Shown piece by piece: positions 1-13,319 of a DNA stretch of 47,938 nt; position 1 is the stretch's first letter; each line of letters begins with the position of its first letter. The notes beneath the pieces are model-generated. The model was not told where the DNA came from. It ran no database searches and worked only from the letters and a program-made list of their open reading frames with translations. A program made the translations under genes and the position numbers. The stretch covers positions 1-47,938 of the forward strand of contig NW_021834530.1 of assembly GCF_006345805.1 (NCBI RefSeq). The letters run 5' to 3'. Source of the DNA: Octopus sinensis. Its lineage: Eukaryota.

Positions 1-89
1 ACACACACACACACCACACATATATATATATATATAATATATATATATATATATAAACATACATCTATAACATTTTCAAATGTATCACA

Positions 90-280
90 TGTGAATCGTT
101 GGTGATTTTCTTCCTCCGTCTTCTTATTTATTGGACTTTCGTCTGCTTCTGAAGAAGAGCGTTGCTCGAAACATTAAACAATCTTTCTTTCCTTCCCTGC
201 GCGTCTGCTAATACTCTACATATATCACGTCCTCGCGTTGTTGTTTTTTTGTATGTTTGTTCTGTTTTTGGATTTACTAT
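90..280 (+). mobile_element. Penelope-like pLTR-type short repeat with a degenerate minimal hammerhead motif, set between (TA)n tracts
   Basis: TGCTT-CTGAAGA-A-GAGC(GTT)GCTC-GAAA-CATT-AAACA at 144-180. Flanks (cgttggtgattttcttcctccgtcttc ... cacgtcctcgcgttgttg ... ttggatttactat) match a second copy at 31490-31622. Confidence 0.6.
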
Positions 281-619
281 ATATACATATATATGTATAT
301 AAAGAAAAAAAGTGAGAGATAGAGAGACGTAACCATACTCTCCTTACTAGCACCTCTGACGCGCGCTGTGACTGAGATCCCCTCTTACTCGCATGCGAAA
401 CCGCTTGGTAAAATCGTCTGAAATGGATCTTTAATATTTCTTACATATTGTAAATATTAATACACCCAGTCTAGTGGCAAATGTATGAATGCCGCAATTC
501 CTTCGGTTTCTTATATGGAGAGAGAGAGAGAGAGTGAGAGATTAAGAGTTGAGGTGTAACATATTAGAAAATAGAGATATGAAAGAGAAAATTAATCAAT
601 GTACTTTTACAGGAACTGT

Positions 620-960
620 CTACACATATTTAACTTGATCCATCTAAACAACAGGCCATTCCAAAACACTTACCCAACGCCAATAATGACTTTAATTGGG
701 TTACATGCTAGGATGAAATATCCGACACTCATGCTGCCCAACTAATACCTGCGCTAACCACCAGTAATTCCTCAGGTGCATGGGCCTGCTGACGGATCCT
801 CAGCTGCCCTATAACAACAGCCCTGAAATGTCCTGCCAAAGTATTCAAACTAGGAGAGGCAGGTCCCCATATGATGTGTGGCCGGTAGATCAGAGGTTGC
901 GAAGGAAAGGAAAATGATTAACCATGTTTTCTCACGTTGTAACCAAGATGAAAGCCAGGC
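620..960 (+). pseudogene. Degraded L1/Tx1-clade LINE ORF2 C-terminal (zf-RVT) fragment
   Basis: Manual + strand translation with stops and frameshifts: FNWVTC*DEI...AWAC*RILSCPITTALK...KLGEAGPHMMCGR*IRGCEGK/EMINHVFSRC, a C..C...E..NH.F..C zinc-knuckle pattern. Confidence 0.45.
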
Positions 961-1224
961 AAATGCGAAGCGAATTTCTTCAAAAGACAGCAATGTCTGC
1001 ACGTAATTGAAGAATTGAAGAAGAGATGAAAATGTTTTGAGTGAAGGAAGGAATTCTTTGAGAAAGATGAATGCCATTATTTTAATTGCAGGATACAGTG
1101 TTGACAGACGAGTGACGTATTGAAAATGATACGCTAGGATAACATAGCAAGAGTGACTGGTTTATTTCTTGCAATAATTAGTCTTGTACTCTTGATACTA
1201 TGTTATGCATAGACAAGTATATAT

Positions 1225-1377
1225 ATATTCATTCCTTACATATCAACGTATTGTATACGTGATGTACAGACATACATATATATATATATAAATATGAATA
1301 TTATTTAATATATATATATATATCTATATATATATATATATATTGTATACATGTTATATGTATGTATGTTATATATA

Positions 1378-1409
<32 letters not shown>

Positions 1410-1459
1410 ATATAGATATTCATTCCTTACATATCAACGTATTGTATACGTGATGTACA
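1225..1459. repeat. 44-bp direct duplication separated by a (TA)n tract
   Basis: atattcattccttacatatcaacgtattgtatacgtgatgtaca at 1225-1268 and 1416-1459. Confidence 0.9.
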
Positions 1460-1476
1460 TACATACATATCTATAA

Positions 1477-1544
<68 letters not shown>

Positions 1545-2183
1545 ACATGTATATATGTATGTATGTATATATATATATATATAATATATATATATAATAT
1601 TATATATATATATATTATAATATACCTGTGTGTGTTTTTGTGTGTGCGTGTGTGCTTTATCAATGTATATTATATCTAATATGTAAATGTATTGTTTGAT
1701 AAACAGATAGGCGGTTGTTGTGTCCGTATGTGTGTAGTAGTGTGTGTGTGTGTGTAGGTATGTGTGTATGGATGTTCTTAATGCTAGCAAACATCGTTAG
1801 TAGATGAAACTTTGAAAGAATATCCGAAATATAAGTTCAAATTATGCGATTTCGTAAGAAACTGAAGATTATAAACATCAATAATACTTATGAGTGATGT
1901 TATTCGTTAGTGTCAGAGGCGCAACGTCTCAGATTACAGTGGTGGCTTGGCTGGTGGTAGCTGATTAGAGAGAATTCTTCCATTTCTGAGTATGACTGCT
2001 TGTTTTGAATATCGTTCTCAGAAGGTCAGAAAAGAATTGCCGAACCCGGTGAGATTTGAACTAAGAATGGAAAGTGTCAATTATACTAGACATATTGAAA
2101 GATGCCTTACCGATTCTACCGATCAACGGTCGACCTTCTCATTAAAATAATAACGATGTTTTGCATATATGGTCGAAACATAT

Positions 2184-2258
<75 letters not shown>

Positions 2259-2280
2259 TATATCTATATATCATATATAT

Positions 2281-2322
<42 letters not shown>

Positions 2323-2444
2323 TATATATATATACATACATACATACACACACATGTATATACTATACACACACACACATATATATAATATATACATACA
2401 CACACATACACACACATACACACACACACATATATATATATATA

Positions 2445-2609
2445 TACGACGTGCTTCTTTCAGTTTCCGTCTTCCAAATCCACTCACAAGGCTTTGGTCG
2501 GCCCGATGCTATAGTAGAAGACACTTTCCCAATGTACCACGCAGCGGAATTGAACCTGGAACCATGTGGTTGGGCAGTAAGCTTCTTACCACACAGCCAC
2601 ACCTGCACC
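2445..2609 (-). mobile_element. SINE family A, 5' (tRNA-like) half
   Basis: Reverse complement matches the head of the full copy at 36508 (ggcgcaggagtggctgtgtggtaag...ggttc...gaaactgaaagaagc). Confidence 0.9.
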
Positions 2610-3077
2610 TATGCGTATGTAAATATATTCCTTTATCTTTAGTTAAAGAGACACATTACACACACATACACACAAACACACACTCCTATAACATACAGTG
2701 TATATTCACAATCTACTGATAGCTTATCTTGTTCATAGCCTAACACAGATTTACCATTTCTGATTCTGCAACAATGCTCAATGTTTCCAAAATATTTCAC
2801 ATATTCTCCAGACAAAGTCTGCCTGGAGACGTGTATGGTAATTTATCCTCATGAATAAATTCCTGCAATTGTAACACGCTGCACAACTTGTTTTCATGTT
2901 GGAATAAAATCATTGACTTTTCAGCGTTAGTCAGAAGAATAAAACAAAAGAATCGGTCGAAGGTGAAACGCTGTGCAATATATTGAATGTATGTCTGAGG
3001 TTGGTGGTGTGCATTGACATATAAGCATGTGTATGTAGATATGTGTATGTATTATGTTTATATATTTTTCATCTCTC

Positions 3078-3149
<72 letters not shown>

Positions 3150-4182
3150 TAAATACACATACATACATACATATTATATATATATATATATATCTATATA
3201 TAATATATATAAATATATATATAAATATATATAAATAATATATATGCATACATATATATGTGTGTATTTCTTGAATATACATATATATATATATACAGTG
3301 ATTCAGTGTCTGGCTTATTAGTAACCCATAACTAACGACACTATTGTTCCGAGATGTTTGGCGAGATGTACGCAGGTATGTATGTATACTTAATTATATA
3401 CAATATGCGTACAGTATCACCTTATCTATATAAAATTGCATTTTTATGGCTTCCAGTTTGCGAATTCATTTTTTTATTATAATGGCGCTGACTTAAATGT
3501 ATCTTTGTATGTAACCAAATTGTTGTTTGACGTTCGTCTGTTTTCTGTCTCGCTGTATCTAAATAACTCATAAGTCTCAGCGCTAATATGTATGAATTAC
3601 CTGCCCGATGTGAATTTAAGGGAATTAACTCGTGCCTCTCACCGATTTATACAGCTGGTACTTCTCTGAAATAATGAAACAGAAGTTGTATGTGTGTACG
3701 TAGGTGCGTGTTTGTGTGTGTGTGTGTGAGAAAGAGAGAGAGAGAGAGAAAGAAAGAGAGGAACACATAGAGAGAGAGAGGCGAGATAGAGAGAAAAGAT
3801 ATGCAGAGAGAGAGAGAGGGAGGAAATAGAGGGGCAGACAGAGAGAGAGAGAGTGAGTGAAATAGTTTGAGACAGAGTGCCAAGCACACAAAGGGAGACA
3901 AAGAGAAAGAGACATACAGAGAAGAGTGTTGCTTTTTGAGGAACAGCAGTAATTTCTCCTTCCTGCAACACTGTCGAATCCCGGACGGAAAGTGCGTTGT
4001 GTTCTTGACAACCCACGACAAGATCGAGGCTACTAATGAAACTTTAACACAGCCTTTGATGTTGCATAAAACAGCAAAAAACCGAGGGGCGTTTGATAGC
4101 ACAATTCCGGCAAAGAAATGACCATGAAATGGTACAATATTTTGACCATTTTCAAGAAAAATAAGATAAAAGAGATTTGTTT

Positions 4183-4530
4183 TTAATCATCATTATCAGA
4201 GACCTCTCAGTAATGCTTTCCCCCTCATCAGAAGAACCTTTAGAATCCATATCCTCATCTGAATCATCTCCATTTTCATCATCGGCAGCTTCCATAGACT
4301 TGATGCGTTCCTATAAGCTTCTCATATCCCTATTTGCTTTATCGGTGCACCCTTGAACAGTATTTACCTTCAGGTGATTAAAGGTACCTTTCAAACGTTA
4401 AATTACATCTTTGAATGTGATATTGGCTGTGTACGGCCTACCAAACTCTCATTTTACAGCAGCCCATAAGTTTTCAATTGGTTGCAAGGTCCACATTGTT
4501 ACGGGGTCATATTGCAACATACCTCTGCCC
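4183..4530 (-). pseudogene. IS630/Tc1/mariner-superfamily DDE transposase C-terminal relic
   Basis: Minus-strand translation: LQPIENLWAAVK*EFGRPYTANITFKDVI*RLKGTF followed by an acidic tail (DDENGDDSDEDMDS). The L.PIE..W motif carries the catalytic E; several in-frame stops. Confidence 0.7.
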
Positions 4531-4780
4531 CTATTCATAGGGAATCTTGTGCTCTCTTTCACTTGCACACCATAGAAACCGGTTAAGCATTTCGACGAGT
4601 CCAAAAATCGAGACACTTGTGTCCGAGAGACTTTTCATTAACATATATAGTTACTTCAATATAGATATGCTCGTCTCAGCGTTGAATCAACAAGCTCAAC
4701 CTGCTAGAAATAGCAGCTATATCACCAGAAAATCTCATCATATTGTCTTAGACAAAGACTTCCTGATATACACAAAAAGA

Positions 4781-5142
4781 AATAGGTATTTCATCTGTCT
4801 TTACGTTCTGATTTCGAATTCCGCCGATGTCGACTTTGCCTTTCATCCCTTTCGGGTTCGATTAAATAAGTACCAGTTACGCATTGGGGTCGATATAATC
4901 GACTTAATCCGTTTGTCTGTCCTTGTTTGTCCTCTCTGTGTTTAGCCCCTTGTGGGTAGTAAGGAAGTAAGAATCATTAGTATGCCGGGCGAAATGCCGC
5001 TACGTTCCGAATTCAAATTCTGCCGAGGTCATCTTTGCCTTTCATCTTTTCGGGGTCGATAAAGTAAGTGCGAGTTGAGTACTTGGGTCGATTTAATCGA
5101 CTTGCCCCTTCCCTCAAAATTGTGCCTATAGTAGAAAAGATT
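4781..5142 (+). mobile_element. SINE family C, two adjacent units with different 3' tails
   Basis: Core (ttacgttctgagttcaaattccgccgaggtcgactttgcctttcatcctttcggggtcgataaa..agtaccag) occurs twice, at 4781-4970 and 4972-5142. Confidence 0.85.
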
Positions 5143-5390
5143 ATATATATGCCTGTTCAAGTATCATAATAGAATGAAACTACTAGTAACTTTTTCGGTT
5201 GTGCATTCAATTTGACACACACAGGCGCACGCACACACTCACACATACATACATGCACGCACACACGCACACACACACACACACACACAGACCTAAATAT
5301 GTACATACACACACATACTTGGTGATGAGGAAAATGATTAATTATTATGTGTGGGAGTATTTTTTACGTATGTGAAATTTAGAATATATA

Positions 5391-5424
<34 letters not shown>

Positions 5425-5608
5425 GCATATATATACATATATATATAAACAGTCTCACATACGTAGAAAACACACTTCCGCACATATAATTAATCATTTA
5501 TATATGATTAATCATATACATATATATTATTAATATTTATATAATCAATCATATATATATATATATATATAATGTTGACTGTCCACTTTTCGTGTTCAGT
5601 CCTTAATT

Positions 5609-5653
<45 letters not shown>

Positions 5654-5904
5654 GTACAAATTTCAAACGTATAATTGCTAACATACTCCCATAGCTATAA
5701 TTAATAAAATTCATAGATTAACTAAATAGAAATAACAAGTGTATGTGTGTACGCACATTCATATACGTGTATGAGTATACACATATGAATGTATGTACAC
5801 GTAAATACATACATTTGTATGGAATATATATGTGTGTGCTTGTGCGTGCTTGTGTATGTGTATGTATGTGTGTGTGTGTGTGTGTGTGCGAGAGAGAGCG
5901 AGAA

Positions 5905-5958
<54 letters not shown>

Positions 5959-6382
5959 CTGGTATTTTTAATTACTTGATATCTTCCATCTGGTTGGAGA
6001 AAGAGAGGGTTCCTAAATAAGACACAAAATTCAATTGTTGGAACGTAGTAAAAAATAATTCACATTTTAAACTTGAGGACAGCATTTCATATTTTAACTT
6101 TTCCGCTAACACATTGTATTTGTAATGTGCAAATTGGCTAGTTGATTTCTTTTTCTGAAAACCCTAGTTTATCCAGATTGTCAGTCATGTATAGAATAAA
6201 AAAGATCTTGTACTGTAATTGCGTGCCATTATCTATGTTTTAAAACTTTAGAAATTTTTCTAACGCACTCTATAAGTAGTTCGGTCTGTTTCTTTTGCTT
6301 TCAGTAAGTCTATATTCCTTTCAGTAAAGTGTTGTAGAGTTTTCAAAACTTAAAATATTTAAGCATGCTTATATTCATTTAT

Positions 6383-6694
6383 GTGGAGGCACATGGCTTA
6401 GTGGTTAGAGCAGTGGACTCGCGGTCGAGAGATCGCGGGTTCGAATCTCAGACCAGGCGATGTGTGTGTTTATGAGCGAAACACCTAAGCTCCACGTGGC
6501 TCCGGCAGAAAGTAGTGGCGAACTTCTTCTGACTTTCTCACTACAACTTTCTCTCACGCTTTCCTCCTGCATCTTGCAGCTCACCTGCGACAGACCGGCG
6601 TCCCATCCAGGTGGGGAACCTATACGCCAAGGAAACCTGGAAACCGGCCCTTATAAGCCAGGCATGGCTCGAGAAGGAACAAACAACAAAACAA
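6383..6694 (+). mobile_element. SINE family B (tRNA-derived head, body X, tail 2)
   Basis: A-box-like tggcttagtgg and B-box-like ggttcgaatct. Head and body shared with the 24728 copy. 3' tail cctgcgacagaccggcgtcccatccagg...ggctcgagaagg followed by an (AAC)-rich tail. Confidence 0.85.
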
Positions 6695-6710
6695 TATTCT
6701 TTTATTCTTC

Positions 6711-6959
6711 CTTTTACTCTATTCTTTTCTTCTTTTACTTGTTCCACTCATTTGATTGCGGTCATTCTGGAGCATCACCTTAATGTGTCTTTTTTATTTG
6801 AAAAAAATCAACCTCAGGAGTTATTCTTTCTAAGCCTAGTTCTTATTCTATCGGTTTCTTTGGCCAAACTACTCGGTTACGGGGAAGTAAACACACCAAC
6901 ATCGGATGTCAAGCAATGTGGGGAATAAACACAGACACAAAGACACACATAAATACACA

Positions 6960-7006
<47 letters not shown>

Positions 7007-7155
7007 TCGACGGGTTTCTTTCAGTTTCCGTCTCCCAAATCCACTCACACGGTTTTGGCCGGCTTGAGGCTATAGTAGAAGACACTTGTCCGAGGTGCCA
7101 CGCAATGGGACTGAACACGGAACCATGTGGTTGGGAAGCAATCTTCTTACAACAC
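6711..7155 (-). mobile_element. SINE family A, near full length, diverged
   Basis: Head, internal (CA)n microsatellite and 3' part all align to 36508-36924. Confidence 0.9.
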
Positions 7156-7574
7156 ACACATACTATTTAGCGACAATAGATTCTTCCAACATTTTTATAT
7201 CAGGGACGACGAATTAAGGGGATAATTAGTATTGATGTGTACAATAGGTATGCAATTAAATTGGTTGGCGTAAACGCGATTTACATCACAGGGCTGTTTG
7301 AGCAGATATAGAATGTGGGTGTCCTTATTACAATATCCTAATGCAAAGGGATTAAAAATTTTAGGGCTATTAATCTCATGTTTAGAACAATTAGATATAT
7401 TTATATCCGATTAAATTGTGTTGAAGTTAAAATTAAGCTTTTCCCAACTATAAATCTCATTATACAGTGTTCAGTAGCCAATACTTTGCTGACTTTGCGG
7501 GAAGTAACATAATTTCAACTTCAGTTCGGTACTACACACACACAAATATATATGTATGAATATACATACACACA

Positions 7575-7672
<98 letters not shown>

Positions 7673-7746
7673 TATATATCAGGTCTTGTGTTTTTAGTAG
7701 AAAGGATTATTATTATCGTTATCTTTATAATAATGATAGTGATAAT

Positions 7747-8195
7747 GATAGTGAAGAAACCGTTCTACACGCCCTCATTCAGTGTCTGGGCATTGCTGAC
7801 CTGTGGAGTTATTTTGAACAGCTGCTGTCACGTGTAGGACGGATCTCTCTGTCGGTCGAATCTGTAGTGATGATCGCACCCTCGCCCTCCTTCATTCGAG
7901 GGGGCAAGGCAGTTTTCCTTTGCCTGGTGGTTGTGGTGAAAGAGGTTGTTTGGTGGACAAGGCTGAAAGGCACGAGGACGGACACATTCCGCTTTGGTAA
8001 AGCTCTCATCGACTTCTTCAAGTTTCACTTGAAAAGGAAATTGAGACGGGAGAGGGAAATGCTGTCCTTGAGTGAGTTTATTGAAAGGTGGGTGGAAGTT
8101 GTAAAAATGGCATGGGTGGATGGTACCTCTCAGAGTGTTGACCTGTGAGTCGGAGAGAAGGAACTTGAGAGGACACTTACGTCTAGGGTTTCAGG
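7747..8195 (+). pseudogene. L1/Tx1-clade LINE ORF2 C-terminal fragment (5'-truncated 3' end)
   Basis: EETVLHALIQC...LWSY...KEVVWWTR...FIERW: second half of the zf-RVT knuckle plus the W..R motif; stop at 8148. Confidence 0.8.
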
Positions 8196-8197
8196 GA

Positions 8198-8486
8198 AAT
8201 CATTTGTGACTGATGATTAATCTTCTTACATTTCTCCTTCATGTTTTTCATTAATTATTTTAAAACCCAGTACTCATTAAGTCTGGTACTTAGCTGTTCA
8301 ACAAACCTGGATCGAGTCTGATCTAGGGTCACACAAAACCAAACATGGCTCCCATCATGTCTGAATGATACATCTGATCTCAACATTATCGATTTTTTAG
8401 GGATTATACAAGAAATTTATTGATTAACAGACAATCATTTGTGACTGATGATTAATCTTCTTACATTTTTCCTTCATGTTTTTCAT
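8198..8486. repeat. 54-bp direct repeat pair
   Basis: aatcatttgtgactgatgattaatcttcttacattt(c/t)tccttcatgtttttcat at 8198-8251 and 8433-8486, one mismatch. Confidence 0.9.
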
Positions 8487-8564
8487 GAAGACAGTGAGGT
8501 TCCTCGATTATCCCTAGAGACCTTCCTTTATCAGGAGGGCCACATCTCTATCATCCTTCCCGCT

Positions 8565-9015
8565 ATGGATTGCTCTATGCATCGTTAGGAGCTTTCCTGA
8601 CTTCCTCTCCATCTCCTTTAGTTCCTCTTCTGTCCACTTCAGGATTCCAGCCCCATACCGAACTACTGCGACTGCGCGCGAGTTTGTTGCCGGAATTATG
8701 TTTCTGGCATTCAGCTTTGAAACCAATATTTTTCTCACTCGCCGCAGGTAATCTCTTTTATATTCCGTCATGTCGTGGTGTTTGATTCCATTTGCCTCAA
8801 GTATTCTCAGGTACTTATAACTGCATTGAGGTTGAATTGCCTTTATCATTTCATCCCTTGGCAAACATTTGCCTTCTGTCCTGGCAAGCTTTCCTCGTCT
8901 CATCACCATCGTAGCACATTTTGAGAGTCCAAGCTCCATCTTAATGTCATCGGAGAAAATCCGCACCGACTGGACTAGGCTGTCCAGTTCTGTCTCACTT
9001 TTTGTAAATAGTTTT
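8565..9015 (-). pseudogene. R4/Dong-clade (RLE) non-LTR retrotransposon reverse transcriptase fragment
   Basis: KLFTKSETELDSLVQSVRIFSDDIKMELGLSKCA...YKYLRILE...YLRRVRKILVSKLNARN...AVAVVRYGAGILKWTEEEL: RT domains 5-7 and thumb. Confidence 0.85.
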
Positions 9016-10731
9016 GCGGCTTTGTGCAAAATTATAAAACTAATATTAGAGTGAATATTATTTTAAAAGTATAATGTTATCGATTGTCAATAAAATATAA
9101 GGTTTTACCACCACATAAAATTTTCTTTGGTATTCGATCTTTAAAATCTTAAACATAGATTTAGTGCTGCATTGGAAAAAAATGAAAAAAAGAAAAATCT
9201 AATAGCACTTCCATTTTTCAATAGCATATTCTTAAATTGTTATCAAATTCTTCATCGAACAATGAATCTAGAAATAAGGAATTCCAATCTGTGTCGACAT
9301 TTATCGCCAATCATAGATTTAATTTTAAATTTCTCTTAACTTTCTAATGATTTCAACAATTCCTAGTTCTTGCTTTTATTTTTACCATCTTTTCAAAAAG
9401 ACATCATCGGAACTCTTGTAAAATGTCAGATCGTTATTACGTGTGACTGAATTCTTGCTTCTCATTAAATAAAGAGCGAAAATATTTACAAAAGCATAAA
9501 CTGTGCAAACTTTAAATTAACTTTTCTTGCATTTAGTTTGTCATGACGTGACGAAAATATTTAAAGCTGATTTCAAATTTCAAAATCCTCTCTTCTTACT
9601 CTTTTACCCTTCTAAAATGGCGTTTATTTATTCGTTTTCATTCTTAAATTTAAAAAAAAGGGGGGTTATTTCTAATTTCTGTTGATTTATTGGCTGTTAT
9701 TTAGTGAAAGGGATATTTTCAGCCTGCCATTCTGGAGTGTTACTATTTAATATTTCTACATGATTCCAACATTAATTTGAGGGAATTGTTCACGTTGTTG
9801 GTGATAATTGAATACAAATAACATATATTAAACTTCATTAAATTTCAGAATTGATGTACGTTGAATCTATGGAGCAGAAAATGGATGGCAGCACATACTG
9901 TTCGCAGCAGTGTTTGGCCTGATCCCAGTTCAATAAATATAGACATAACCATTTTTTAACTTTTGGAATTGTGAATCTCGAAGCACACATAAAGCTACAA
10001 ATAATAACATGTAAATATTGGGCTGATAAACCTTTTCTACAATCCAAAAAGTGATTTTCAACCCAATACTTATATGGTATTATTCATAGCTTTATGCGAG
10101 CTTCGAGATCCTCTATTCCAAAAAGTAATTATTTCACATTTCCTTTTATGGCGTCAATAAATTTTAATTATTTGTCATTTCAAAATATTCACTAAACTAT
10201 ATATCGTTGTCTCACCTTCAGAGTTTTAAAATGTATATTTTACCCCTATATTTTATCCCTTTAAGTTGGCCTGAATTATAAATAGGAATGCTTTAGGAAT
10301 AATTGTTCCTATCCGACCTGCGAGTTGTAGTTTGTTTCAATCTTCGCAGAATAGACCCTTTCAAATGATTCTCATCAGTTCTTTCCCCACCAAAACAAAA
10401 GTAACAACTGCACTTCCCACTGTCTCTTTTCTTTTCCATTCTCAGCCGAAAAGGCAGACAGAAAAATTGTGTATATTCCTCTTTGTCACAACAATCTAAC
10501 AATCTAGTCTGCAGAAAAAATTCCGGGACTCACGTGATGTTGCAGGAACGGTGACTTTCTCTAATTTCCAACCGAATAATATATTTAATATATTCCATCT
10601 CCCATTCGCATCTTTCCTAAGAATGCCAATAAAGGAATTGTCAAAACTCAAGACGTTTTAATACAGACGCAAATCTGACATTGAAAATACAAAACAACAT
10701 ATTAGATGGAGACGAACCATGGAACAAAAAT

Positions 10732-10900
10732 GGTTTCAAATTTTGGCACAAGGCCTGCAATTTCGGAGGAAGGGTTAAGTCGATTACATAGACCATAATT
10801 GTTGAATGTTACTTGTTTTATCGACACAGAAAGGATAGAAAGCCAAGTCGTCCACGGTGGAATTTGAACTCAGAACGTAAAGATGGATGAAATGCAACTG
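10732..10900 (-). mobile_element. SINE family C, diverged
   Basis: ggaatttgaactcagaacgtaaaga...gaaat core plus ggcacaagg tail. Confidence 0.8.
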
Positions 10901-11351
10901 AGAGTTGTGCGCGGCATGCAAACTCAACAGGAATATGTGAAAGAGACCCTTGCCGGTGAAATACTTGACTAAGAGTAGTTGAAGGCAACAAGCATCTGCG
11001 GTATACTCAACCAGTTGATATTCTGAGAATAAATAATTTGACTGATAGAACACTAGAATACACCATAGCACCACCTACACACGTTCCATAGATATACGTA
11101 CGTAATATACGATATATTCCATGATAATCCATGATAATCCATGATAAATAACCAATATGTTAAATAATCCACGAAATCTGAAATAGCTTGGCTTAAATCT
11201 CATTCTTTTCTCGTCTCGCTGCTTGCCTTTCATTCCAGATTGTCTTTACAATTATCGCTAACACTTTAATTCGTCATCGTTAATTTATCGTCTTCTTAGG
11301 ATGAATCGCCATTACAGTATGAAAATTCTATGGCATGAAGCATCCGAGCAT

Positions 11352-11399
11352 TACTAACGTGAGTTTTGGGTTTTCTTGTTTCTTCTTTTTTTCTTTCAG
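11352..11399 (+). promoter_or_regulatory. Candidate 3' splice site (branch point, polypyrimidine tract, CAG)
   Basis: TACTAAC at 11352-11358, a long T/C tract, then TTTCAG ending at 11399. Confidence 0.35.
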
Positions 11400-12269
11400 A
11401 GCAAAATCAATGAAACAAAGAATAGACAACTGATGCTATAAAGAGATATTTCATCTTAACTGCAAGAGGAATTAAGAAAAATAACACCCAGTTTGCTCGT
11501 TTAATTTGTTTGAAATGATGGAAAATAGTGAAGTGACTGAAAGACTATGGAGAGGTTATCGTTCTGATGGCTTACGTCGAAAGAAGACAGAAATATTCAA
11601 ATCAATTCATCAAACGCCTCCGTTTCGCTCATTTTTCATTAGATTAAGGTTTAAATTTCAAACTTTGTATTCAGGGAAATTTTGTGACGTAGTTTTTCTA
11701 GATTTTCAGAAAAATATTTTTCAAGATGATTTTAAAGAAAATTAAAAGGATCTAAATAAGGAAAAAGAGAAATGGTTTTTTCCCCTTCTTTCTTGCTGCC
11801 ATTATAATACAAATCAGATTTAGGGGGTTCGGAAATGGTCGACAGGGTGTTGAATTAAATCGTTAAAAGTCTTTTTCCCTAATGATCGAGGTTTCGGGAT
11901 TAAGGACCACACTTTCTTTTGGCCTTTTTCTACTACATCCTCTCCTCCTTTGGGGGATTATCTTTCTGTGCATCACTGATTACTCTGATTAGAATACCTG
12001 TATGTGTGTGTTTATGTGTGTGTGTGTGTGTGTGTGTGTGTTGTGTGTGAGTGAGTGTGTATTCGAGGAAGTGCTAGAAAGTTACTGACTTTGGGTAAAA
12101 GACAATACAGGACTTTATTCAACATATTCCCTTCTCAGACTCGCACGCTTATTGCTGGGGTCCTTTGGTTTTTCTAAGACCTGCAAAAGAACTCAGAAGT
12201 TTGGGCCTCTAACCAGGCCTTTTGCGAAACCCTTAAAGCTAAAACCTTTCAGCACCGCTTCGTATATAA

Positions 12270-12440
12270 TGGTTTTAAATTTTAGCAGGACGCCAGTAAC
12301 TTTGGGGGGAGAGGAAAGCTCAATTAATCGACCCCAAGTTCTCAACTGGTACTTATTTTGTCCATCCCGAAAGAAAGAAAGAAAGGCAAAGTCGACCTCG
12401 ATGAAATTTCAACTCAGAACGTAAAGACGGATGAAATTCC
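12270..12440 (-). mobile_element. SINE family C, diverged
   Basis: aactggtacttatttt...gaaaggcaaagtcgacctcg...aactcagaacgtaaagacgg. Confidence 0.8.
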
Positions 12441-13319
12441 ACATGCTGAAGATGTTCACTTAGCAACGACTTTAATTTAGGTCGAATCCTACACAGTACG
12501 TTGGTTAAATATCTTCTACTATAATTTTGTGAATAAAACTCGAGAAACGGAAACTGTGTGGAAGCGTGTCAAGACGACCTTTTTTATTCTTATGAAGACG
12601 GTTTAATTCATCACCAAGATTACCCCCCTTTTCCTTAGCTCTTCTGTGCCTTTAACAGAGTGAATCTTTCACAAGTGTTTAAATCAAGTCTATGTTCAAT
12701 ACGCCATGTTTTCTTTCTCCAGTCGGTCTCGGAGACACCAAAAGCATCCATCGATGCTGTCCAGGTTGGATGAACTCGTGAAAAAAACGGAAGTTTTTTT
12801 TTACGACTTTAGTTTTATGTTTCGAAATTATCATTTCAAATCTTGGCTGGATCTTCTTTAGATTCCAGTATTCCGGAAATGTTTAAAGATATCATTATAG
12901 AAGTGTGAGATCCGACGGAAAATAGTTATATACAGTGAGACTCGGAGAATTAAGACGTTGTTTCAGGAAACGTTTTTCGAGGTCTGCAGTAATCTAAGAC
13001 AAGGGTTGAGTGGTTGGAGCAACACTGAAAATTTTCATGTAGATAACAGTAAAAAAAGTGCTGAGTTCGAACCCAGCCCATGTAAGTATTAAGTGTAAGT
13101 AAATTTATGGCAGTGACACCCTATCGGAATTCAAGCTGGTTCAATTGTAATACAGCAACGAGAACAACGCGAAAAAACCATCAGGAAAAACAAGGAAAAT
13201 AACAAAAACAACAATGACAACAACACAACTCAAAACAACCACAGCAACAACAAAATAAGAACAGCAAGAACAACAACAACACAAAATAAAAAGAAATATA
13301 TTAACGGCAAGATCAAGCA

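Noticed and set aside
10348-10385. Minus-strand CTGATGA-gaatcattt-GAAA hammerhead-like spacing
   Set aside because: Stems are marginal (4-bp stem I, weak stem II and III) and there is no repeat context; probably chance.
11118-11148. Short tandem units (ccatgataat x3; also a 15-bp duplication at ~43570)
   Set aside because: Ordinary slippage duplications with no spacers; not CRISPR-like.
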